NCBI GenBank assembly: GCA_001820875.1
Contig: MHRF01000013.1
Span: 9,992 to 73,991 of the forward strand
Length of the DNA stretch: 64,000 bases
Source: Candidatus Taylorbacteria bacterium RIFCSPHIGHO2_01_FULL_46_22b
GTDB taxonomy: Bacteria; Patescibacteriota; Minisyncoccia; Phycocordibacterales; DSPV01
Direction: 5' to 3'
Positions within the stretch are counted from its first letter, which is position 1. Each line of letters starts with the position of its first letter. The notes below the pieces were generated by a model, which did no database searches, was not told where the DNA came from, and worked only from the letters and a program-made list of their open reading frames with translations. Positions 49,355 to 57,179 of the stretch are shown piece after piece. A program made the translations under genes and the position numbers.

Positions 49355-49874
49355 AGCTGGCAAACATCCTACCAATACCCTCTCTCTCTTTCAAGTCAAT
49401 TATAAAACTTGACAAATAATATAATAGTGATATTATATTATTTGTGCAGGATGGATAGTAGAGTAGATCTCGAACCCCTACGCCTGTACACCTTTAATCC
49501 ATATTTGGATAAAACCGCATCTACTTGGTCATTTGGTTGGGAGATAGGAAACTATCCGCCAGATGTTACTAGGGGTTTATGCGGGCACTCGAGGCCGATG
49601 CTGATCCCGAAATTTATTTCGCGAGATCACCGGCCTCTTTTTCTTTTATAAATTTTAACTCGGCAACACTTTTTGTCTCCATTTCATTGTGTTACCATCT
49701 CAATGGAGTTAATGGCAGAGTGTGGACCAACAGTGAAGGCCGGAGAGTCTCACGGCACTACCACTAAACTGCTACCTACTAGGATCTCCAGAAAATCAAT
49801 AATACACCGTCGAGTGAGACCCTCGGTGGGCTACCCCTGGCACGTTCCCCAAAGAATACGGTCAGGGGTATTCC

Positions 49875-50972
49875 TTATATTCTAAACTCAATCACATCTC
49901 CATCTTTCACAATGTATTCCTTCCCTTCCGTCCGCACCAATCCTTTCTCGCGCGCTGCGGGGTAGGAACCGCAATCAAGTAGATCTCTCCAGAACACTAC
50001 TTCAGCGCGAATAAATTTATCTCGAAAATCAGTGTGAATAGCGGTGCCAGCTATCGGAGCAGTTGAATTCCGTTTTGTTGTCCATCCGCGGGTCTCGTCC
50101 TCACCAGTCGTGAAGAATGTAATCAAATCAAGCGTTGCATATCCCCCGCGTATTAAATCTTCGATCCCGTCTCCTCCCGTACCCAAATCTTTCTTAAATT
50201 CTGTTTTCTCTTCCGTGCTCATTTCCTTGAGTTCATTTTCAAGCCCCGCATCCACCAATACATACTGCGAATTGGTGGATTTAAGAAATTCCATAAGTTT
50301 TATGAAACGCGAATCATTCATTTCGTCTAGATTCTTTCCGCCACTTTTTTTATTTAATACATATAAAATCGGCTTTGCAGTCAACAGGTGTAATTGTTTA
50401 AAAAAAGGTTCTTCTGGTTCTGAAGGAGAAACTGTAGAAGCAAGCTTCCCCGCTTCAAGTGCCTCGCGCAATCGTTTCAACAGCTCGCTCTCAATAATCG
50501 CTTCTTTTTTATTGGCTTTCACTTCTCGATCGACATTACCCGCGCGTTTTTTTACGGTCTCAAGGTCGGCAATTGCGAGTTCCAAATTGATAACTCCAAT
50601 ATCAGCGAGCGGATCAATTCCGCCAGCAACATGGATAATATCTGGATCTTCAAATATACGAACAACTTCAGCAATCGCATCGACTTCGCGAATATGCGAA
50701 AGAAATTTATTTCCTAAACCTTCTCCTTCTGCCGCACCTTTCACCAGTCCTGCGATATCGACAAATTCAACTGCCGCGGGAACTTTCTTTTTCGAATGGG
50801 AGAACTCATTGAGTTTCTCCAGCCGATCATCAGGCACCGCCACCACGCCAACAGAAGGGTCAATCGTACAAAACGGATAATTCTCCGCCGGTACACTCCG
50901 CTTCGTGAGCGCGTTAAATAACGTGGACTTTCCCACATTTGGCAATCCGACAATTCCTATAGAAAGTGACAT
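49875..50972 (-). CDS. ychF: Redox-regulated ATPase YchF
   Basis: GIVGLPNVGKST, NYPFCTI, DIAGLV, GLGNKFL, EGKEYIVKDGD. Confidence 0.97.
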   Translation of the reverse strand: MSLSIGIVGLPNVGKSTLFNALTKRSVPAENYPFCTIDPSVGVVAVPDDRLEKLNEFSHSKKKVPAAVEFVDIAGLVKGAAEGEGLGNKFLSHIREVDAIAEVVRIFEDPDIIHVAGGIDPLADIGVINLELAIADLETVKKRAGNVDREVKANKKEAIIESELLKRLREALEAGKLASTVSPSEPEEPFFKQLHLLTAKPILYVLNKKSGGKNLDEMNDSRFIKLMEFLKSTNSQYVLVDAGLENELKEMSTEEKTEFKKDLGTGGDGIEDLIRGGYATLDLITFFTTGEDETRGWTTKRNSTAPIAGTAIHTDFRDKFIRAEVVFWRDLLDCGSYPAAREKGLVRTEGKEYIVKDGDVIEFRI

Positions 50973-51099
50973 AACAAAGACACTTTAGCAAAAATAATAC
51001 TTTTAATACAGTTTACTTGACTTACATACCGAGAAATAACAGTATGGAAATGGACTCGGCAAAACGCCGGTTCTTCAACCCCGAACCCGAAAGAGTTCT

Positions 51100-51678
51100 A
51101 TGATTATTAGCATGTCGTCAGGTGTCTTATTCGGAATTTGGTTATTGTTCTGTCTGCTCGCCCTAATCGGTGCACGGATGCTCTGCTACAGGAAACCAAA
51201 GGTAGCATTTGTGGGACTTTCGCTAGTCCTCAACGTGCTCGCAATGCCTTTCTTTACCCAGTGGGAATTTGGCAATAGGTGGATTGAACGACAAGGAGAA
51301 TCGGACAAGCACATCCCCAACGGCATCTGGTGGCAATGGAAACACAACGCCTTCATCAAAGGCGCCAAGATCATTCCGCTTTCTGCGCCCAGCTACAAAA
51401 TAGTCGAGACATTCGACGGAACCAACTACATCAGCATCGTTGCTGGGGTAAAAGATCTGCAAGGTCAGCGAACATTGTATGCATATCTCCAAACCAAATC
51501 GAGCGCTATCACAGTGAAATCATTGAGCCACTACTTTGATGACATTGTTCAGCGATCGTACGTGGTGCACCACCGCGACATACGAACACTTGAAGAAGAT
51601 TTACTGACAAAAGGGATCTCCTTCTTTGAGATCAGAACTCGGAAAGAACCTGAGAATCCCAAAGGATCCGGCTTCTGA
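51100..51678 (+). CDS. Hypothetical membrane protein
   Basis: Two N-terminal TMs; own promoter-like TTGACT and terminator GCCTCCCC/GGGGAGGC. Confidence 0.65.
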   Translation: MIISMSSGVLFGIWLLFCLLALIGARMLCYRKPKVAFVGLSLVLNVLAMPFFTQWEFGNRWIERQGESDKHIPNGIWWQWKHNAFIKGAKIIPLSAPSYKIVETFDGTNYISIVAGVKDLQGQRTLYAYLQTKSSAITVKSLSHYFDDIVQRSYVVHHRDIRTLEEDLLTKGISFFEIRTRKEPENPKGSGF

Positions 51679-51751
51679 ACAATTCGTTTCTCCTCTGCCT
51701 CCCCTCACTCGGGGAGGCTCTCTTTTTATGCTATTTTCCACAAATTTCCAC

Positions 51752-51789
51752 ATCTGTATTATCCCAGCGATCGCTGGGATAATACAGAT
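51752..51789. repeat. Perfect 38-bp palindrome
   Basis: ATCTGTATTATCCCAGCGA|TCGCTGGGATAATACAGAT. Confidence 0.9.
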
Positions 51790-51840
51790 TCAGGTACACG
51801 TTTTTTGTCCGTTCTCACTCGCTAGACAACAACATCTGTG

Positions 51841-52551
51841 TTACTGATCGGTACACACATCCACTTCTTTCATCAGAGAAAGCACGCGGGCGGGCAGTTG
51901 CGATAGTTCTCCTTTTCCTTGCTCGAGCGACTCAATTATCGGCTTTTTTTCTTCACCACAGGCATACACAACCGCATAATTAACTTCTTGCATCAAAAAA
52001 TGAAGTGAAGCGGAAACTCGTGCGGGAAATTCTCCTTTACCTTGCGTATCATATCCAACCATCCACGCATGCGTATCGACAAACTTCTCTAAAAACCAAT
52101 TCTTTCTTTCAGCATACGGAAGGACACCAGCCACATGACCATCAGACCCGATACCGAGAATCGCACTGATAATGCCATCGGGAAATGCGCGACGCCATTC
52201 TTTCAAGGAAAGTTCGTATCGAGTCGCACATTCGGCAGGATTTGCCGTTCCAGACATTTCAATCGGAACAAATGGCACTCCTTTCAGTTGCGTTTGGCGG
52301 ATAAAACAAGTCTGATGCAATATCGGCCCATTCTGTTTTTCTTTTTCAGGCACATACCGCTCGTCCACCATACCAATTGAAAATGTTCGAGGCATGTTAT
52401 CAATCGAAAGTGTCTGCAAAACTTCAAGAGAAGAACCTCCGGAAAGCAACAGGAGTACCGGATGCTCAATGGCGGTCAGTAAATGCTGGCGGAGCAAATC
52501 CGCCGCATGTGCAGCCGCTTCTACCTTACTTTGTTTATGAAGTATGCGCAC
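51841..52551 (-). CDS. pgl: 6-phosphogluconolactonase
   Basis: LSGGSS, DERYV, LGIGSDGHVAG, GEEK; downstream of zwf-gnd. Confidence 0.85.
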   Translation of the reverse strand: MRILHKQSKVEAAAHAADLLRQHLLTAIEHPVLLLLSGGSSLEVLQTLSIDNMPRTFSIGMVDERYVPEKEKQNGPILHQTCFIRQTQLKGVPFVPIEMSGTANPAECATRYELSLKEWRRAFPDGIISAILGIGSDGHVAGVLPYAERKNWFLEKFVDTHAWMVGYDTQGKGEFPARVSASLHFLMQEVNYAVVYACGEEKKPIIESLEQGKGELSQLPARVLSLMKEVDVCTDQ

Positions 52552-52595
52552 GACCTAATTTTGTTTATAAAATGGAAGTACTCTTGTGGTGCGAC

Positions 52596-53534
52596 CTAAG
52601 TTTTGTTTACAAAATTGGAAGTCCCTTTAGGGGTACCTGTAATGTCATGCCCACCAAACTGATTGCGCAAAGCTGAAAGCACTTTCCCAGCAAATGCCGG
52701 TTTCTTTTCGGACTGAATGCGAAACTTCAGAGATTCTTCTATTACTTTGACCGACACACCGAGTTTTTTTGCAGTTTCTATTGTCCACGCGCCTTCGCCA
52801 GTATGTGCCACACTACTTGAAACCTTTTTTAAGTCTCGGCCGTGTGTTTTAAATGCATCCGTAAGCCACCCCACAAGCCGCGATTCAATAACGCTTCGAT
52901 GATTGTACAGTTTCGAGACTTTCTCAAGATCGAGATCAAACAAAGATTTTTTCAAGACTTCAAATCCTTCCGCAATAGCCTGCATCATTCCGTATTCAAT
53001 TCCGTTGTGCACCATTTTTACAAAATGCCCCGCACCGCTCTTTCCTGTATACAAAAATGCATCTTTTGTCGCAATCTTTTTAAACAAAGGTGCAAGCGAA
53101 TGTGCAATCTTCTTATCTCCGCCAACCATTACACATGCGCCTGTCCGAGCGCCGGACGGCCCGCCAGAAACACCAGCATCGAGCATCACAATCCCCTTTC
53201 GTGCTAAAAGCTTTGCACGACGTTGTGTTTCCTCATAAAAACAATTTCCCCCATCAATCACCGTATCGCCCTTTGAAAGCAGAGGCACCAGATCTTTTAA
53301 CACCTGATCAACACCCTTGTGGCTTACCATGAGCCACACCACACGGGGCGCAGCAAGCGAAGCAACCAACTTTTCAATGGAATCAACAGTGTGCACCCCT
53401 TTCTTTTTTGCCGCATCCCGCCCCTCTTTTCCACGATTGAATGCAACTACCTTGATCCCCTGCTCCTCTAAATGTAAAACCATATTCACTCCCATTTTCC
53501 CCAGTCCGATATATCCAATCCTTTTTACATTCAT
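52596..53534 (-). CDS. gnd: 6-phosphogluconate dehydrogenase (short, decarboxylating)
   Basis: IGLGKMG, IDGGN, DAGVSGG, GHFVKMVHNGIEYG, LRNQFGGH. Confidence 0.95.
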   Translation of the reverse strand: MNVKRIGYIGLGKMGVNMVLHLEEQGIKVVAFNRGKEGRDAAKKKGVHTVDSIEKLVASLAAPRVVWLMVSHKGVDQVLKDLVPLLSKGDTVIDGGNCFYEETQRRAKLLARKGIVMLDAGVSGGPSGARTGACVMVGGDKKIAHSLAPLFKKIATKDAFLYTGKSGAGHFVKMVHNGIEYGMMQAIAEGFEVLKKSLFDLDLEKVSKLYNHRSVIESRLVGWLTDAFKTHGRDLKKVSSSVAHTGEGAWTIETAKKLGVSVKVIEESLKFRIQSEKKPAFAGKVLSALRNQFGGHDITGTPKGTSNFVNKT

Positions 53535-54967
53535 GATTTTGCAATTAATTGTTCAAATGAAATTCCTTCGGGATACTCTAGTAATTTATTCTTCGTCCAT
53601 CGTTCAATAATTGGCGTAATGAATTTCCACGCCGCCTCTGTTTCTTCGGTGCTGGCAAACAACATCTGATCGCCACGAAGTGCGTCAATGAGCACCCGTT
53701 CATAGGCATCTGGCATCAAGTGAGCATCAATCGAATCAGCATAATTAAATGAAAGTGTTTGCGCTTGCGGCACCATATCAAATCCGGGACGTTTAACCCA
53801 AAAGACAATCGAAATCCCTTCATTGGGCTGAATTCGGAACGTAAGCATGTTTCGATTACACTTCACATCTCCAATTCCGCAATCCACATCTTTGAAATGG
53901 ATATTGATTTCTGTTTTTGTTTCCGACAACGCCTTCCCTGCAGAAAGTTCTACGCTCACCCCGCGCCACCGACTGTTGCGAATTCCTGTAGTCAAACTGA
54001 AAAATGTCTCAGTGTCGGATGCCACTCCAACCCCTGCCGCCTGCCGATAACCGGCATATTGTCCGCGTATCACTTTTCGGAGTGCCGGCCCTGATACGGC
54101 GACAAGCTGCTTTAATACACGCGCACGAACTTTGCGTATATGCACAGCATCTAATGTCTTAGGATATTCCATCATAATCAAAGAAAGCATCGCCAAAAGA
54201 TGATTCTGCCCCACATCACGTAATGTTCCGATAGAATCATAAAATGCTCCTCGACTGCCAATATGATCTTTTTCAAACATCCGAATCTCAATCCGCTCGA
54301 TATTTTTTCGATTCCATAAGGGCTCAAAGATCGCGTTTGAAAATCTGAATGTCAAAATATTCTGAATGGTTTCTTTTGCAAGATAATGATCAATCCGATA
54401 AATTTGATTTTCGGAAAATAATTTTGTCAGCAATCGATCGAGGCGTGTCGCTGTCTCGCTGTCTTTTCCAAACGGCTTCTCGATTAAAATCCGCGTCCAT
54501 CCTTTTCCGTCAGCGCATGGAATTGTGAGTCCTGATCGTGCGAGTTGGCGCAAAATTAATTCATACAAATTTGGCGGGACCGCCAAATACGGAAGTTTGT
54601 TTGAACATACATTAAATTCACGATCAATCGCCCCGAGCCTCTCTGAAAGTCTCTCGTACGCCTGATTATCCTCAAATTGTCCCTGTACATAGTGAATACC
54701 TGATAGAAATTTCTGGCTTAATTCTACGCTTGCCTTGGTAAGGCGCTCCCCGAGTGCTTCTGATACAAATTCGCGATAAGAAGTATCCGTAAACTCGCGC
54801 CGACCAAACGCAAGCACTGCAAATTTCTTGGGCAACAGCCCCTTCACAAACAAATCGAAAAACGCCGGATAAAGTTTCCGTCGCGCGAGATCCCCCGTCG
54901 CACCGAAAATAATCAGAACGGTCGGTTCAATCATTTGTATTTTATTTTTTCCGTTTCCATTTGTCAT
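53531..54967 (-). CDS. zwf: Glucose-6-phosphate dehydrogenase
   Basis: GATGDLARRKL, EKPFG, RIDHYLAKE, RDVGQNH. Start is ATG 54967 or 54934; the ORF-track extension runs through tRNA-Ala. Confidence 0.96.
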   Translation of the reverse strand: MTNGNGKNKIQMIEPTVLIIFGATGDLARRKLYPAFFDLFVKGLLPKKFAVLAFGRREFTDTSYREFVSEALGERLTKASVELSQKFLSGIHYVQGQFEDNQAYERLSERLGAIDREFNVCSNKLPYLAVPPNLYELILRQLARSGLTIPCADGKGWTRILIEKPFGKDSETATRLDRLLTKLFSENQIYRIDHYLAKETIQNILTFRFSNAIFEPLWNRKNIERIEIRMFEKDHIGSRGAFYDSIGTLRDVGQNHLLAMLSLIMMEYPKTLDAVHIRKVRARVLKQLVAVSGPALRKVIRGQYAGYRQAAGVGVASDTETFFSLTTGIRNSRWRGVSVELSAGKALSETKTEINIHFKDVDCGIGDVKCNRNMLTFRIQPNEGISIVFWVKRPGFDMVPQAQTLSFNYADSIDAHLMPDAYERVLIDALRGDQMLFASTEETEAAWKFITPIIERWTKNKLLEYPEGISFEQLIAKS

Positions 54968-54969
54968 AT

Positions 54970-55045
54970 TGGTGGACCGGACGGGATTTGAACCCGTTGC
55001 CTCTCGCATGCCATGCGAACGCTCTACCAATTGAGCTACCGGCCC
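54970..55045 (-). tRNA. tRNA-Ala(GGC)
   Basis: GGGCCGGTAGCTCAATTGGTAGAGCG...TGGCA...GGTTCAAATCC...GGTCCACCA; G3:U70 pair; CCA encoded. Confidence 0.95.
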
Positions 55046-55713
55046 ATTAGTATCTTACCAATTTGATAAAATTCCCAGAATAACTCACCCGAAAAGTAAT
55101 CAATCCGACAAACCCCTTTATAGTGAGGCTTTTTCGATATCTTTCCTTTACTTCGCGGATCTACTTGAGCCTTATAGAACTGGCTGTTTGGAATTTTCGT
55201 AGTACGTGACCAAAATTTTTCCAGTAAAGGTATGTTCTGATCAGCTCTACATTGAACCGTACACCTAAATTTTGCTTCATCAATAGTGTAGCATGTTCGC
55301 AATAATCTCAAAAACAAACGTATTATATCTGGGTCAGAGTTTCCAAACATAATCGATCCTCGTCGAACTTTAGATCCCTCGGTTACATACAAAACAGCAA
55401 GTACAATCTTTGCCACCTCCATCTTCTCAAGGAATTTACCCAAATGCACATTTCTTCTAAAAATACCTTCAAGATACTTAATTCGTTTTTCTTTTAGAGA
55501 GCGGTGGGCAATAATTCTTGCTTTTTCAACGTGTTTTAACCTTGCTTTGATCAAACGTTGTCGAGCAGAAAAAGAAAGGGGCATATGCGTTAACCAGACT
55601 GACATAGTGCTTTTTGGGACATGCACTCCTAAAAGCTCTTGTATCTCTGAAAAAGTCTTTCCTTTTTTATATAAAGAAATTGCACTTTCTTTTATATTTC
55701 CCCATCTCTTCAT
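55036..55713 (-). CDS. HTH plus LAGLIDADG-like (homing endonuclease fold) protein
   Basis: N-terminal HTH (GKTFSEIQELLG..PKSTMSVW); LAVLYVTEGSK, FGNSDPDII, FWS..TKIP..QF. Confidence 0.6.
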   Translation of the reverse strand: MKRWGNIKESAISLYKKGKTFSEIQELLGVHVPKSTMSVWLTHMPLSFSARQRLIKARLKHVEKARIIAHRSLKEKRIKYLEGIFRRNVHLGKFLEKMEVAKIVLAVLYVTEGSKVRRGSIMFGNSDPDIIRLFLRLLRTCYTIDEAKFRCTVQCRADQNIPLLEKFWSRTTKIPNSQFYKAQVDPRSKGKISKKPHYKGVCRIDYFSGELFWEFYQIGKILMGR

Positions 55714-55829
55714 GGAGAATATTGTACCATAGAGTTCATCCATGTAGTAACTGCATACATCCCCTGTCCTCATCTACAACTTGATTACCCAGTGGAATTT
55801 TATTCTTCATACGCTATAATGCCTTCCAC

Positions 55830-55903
55830 GCACTCTTAGCTCAGTTGGTTAGAGCGTCCCATTCACATTGGGAAGGTCGGAGGTTCGAATCCTCCAGAGT
55901 GCA
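55830..55903 (+). tRNA. tRNA-Val(CAC)
   Basis: GCACTCT/AGAGTGC acceptor, TCCCA-TTCACAT-TGGGA anticodon arm, GGAGG-TTCGAAT-CCTCC; TATAAT at 55815. Confidence 0.93.
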
Positions 55904-56106
55904 TTTTGCTCTAGAAAGCATTTTATGCTTTCGTGGAGGATTCGAAACCTGATTGAGAATAATTTTGAGTCCCGAAGGGCGAAGAAATTATCCAATCAGG
56001 GTACTGACCCTGTAAGGGTCGAATCTTGCAGGGTGCACCTATAAAACGAAAGCCGCCCAAGTACACAGGGCGGCTTTACTAGCGGTATGCTTCAGTTGAA
56101 GACTCA

Positions 56107-56496
56107 TCAGACCACATAAGTCCCGCAAGAGCAGTGCCAAGCCGAACGGTTCTGATTGGCGACAGAGATAGTGATTTGGGCCTCGTTACCCAAGTAACGA
56201 CTGCAACGGGGACATTCCCCCCATCGCGCGCGAAACAAATCAGAAAGAGAAACGACAGGAATCCGCGGTGCGGCAACTGCAATTCCCTTACTTGCAGAGC
56301 CGTACACACCATTCGCCAACGCCTTCCATGCACAGATTTCAGCGAGAGTAGGTGTGCCATTTTGCAAAATGGACAACCAACCGAGCGTCGGATCGAAGGC
56401 GACATACCCAAGTGGTCTGCCGCGATCATCGACAAGACGGCGAATACCCGTTTCCCCAGCCACAGGGGGTGGTAATTGATCAACTGTAGTCATCAT
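56107..56496 (-). CDS. Hypothetical protein with C-terminal Zn-ribbon
   Basis: CPRC...CSC; terminator hairpin at about 56049-56077. Confidence 0.5.
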   Translation of the reverse strand: MMTTVDQLPPPVAGETGIRRLVDDRGRPLGYVAFDPTLGWLSILQNGTPTLAEICAWKALANGVYGSASKGIAVAAPRIPVVSLSDLFRARWGECPRCSRYLGNEAQITISVANQNRSAWHCSCGTYVV

Positions 56497-56728
56497 AGTT
56501 TGAAGTGGATTGGAATTTCAGTTGTCCTGATGAACAACCCATATTGTTTTACTCTCTCCATACTTTCCTGTCAATCGAAAGAAAAACTCGCGAATGCGAG
56601 TTTTTCTTTCTGTTCTAACTTTGAGCGAGGATATACTTTTCTAAAACCTTGCGGAGGCCAAGGGGCCGAGCAGAGAAAAATTCAGCAGAATTTTATCGTG
56701 TTTTAGAAAAGTTATATCCGAGCGACTG

Positions 56729-56968
56729 TTACATTGACGATCCGCCAGCCGGTGCTGAACTTGCACCCTTCTCGCAATTCTTACAGCGAGATTTGTGCGT
56801 TGCAATCTCGTAGATTGCCGAAGCGCCGACAAGAATATAAACGAGTCTCGAAAGCATCGAGCTCATACCTCCAAGGATTGAACCAATGTCCCACTGGAAG
56901 AGACCCACCAGAAGCCAATTAAGACCTCCCACAATGAGAAGAATGAACGCAATAGTATGCAATTTCAT
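56729..56968 (-). CDS. DUF378 family small membrane protein
   Basis: LLIVGGLNWLLVGLF, RLVYILVGASA. Confidence 0.88.
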   Translation of the reverse strand: MKLHTIAFILLIVGGLNWLLVGLFQWDIGSILGGMSSMLSRLVYILVGASAIYEIATHKSRCKNCEKGASSAPAGGSSM

Positions 56969-57179
56969 ATATCTAATACTTAATTATAAAAAAGACTAAG
57001 CGACCGAGCGTTATTGCTCACTTACAGTATACTCTCCACATCTTCCACTTACTATAAACCCCTGTGCGTAAAATACTCGTAAAACGGCTAAGAAAAAGGA
57101 AAACCCTGCGCGGCACAATGTGCTACGCAGGGTCTCGTGACCAAAGAACCTAGCTCAACGCCTCATGATCAAGGGCCAT

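Noticed and set aside
50044-50880. 278-aa + strand ORF
   Set aside because: Antisense shadow of ychF with no motif; the same applies to most short overlapping ORFs in the track.
54968-55030. N-terminal extension of zwf in the ORF track
   Set aside because: It is the tRNA-Ala sequence read in frame.
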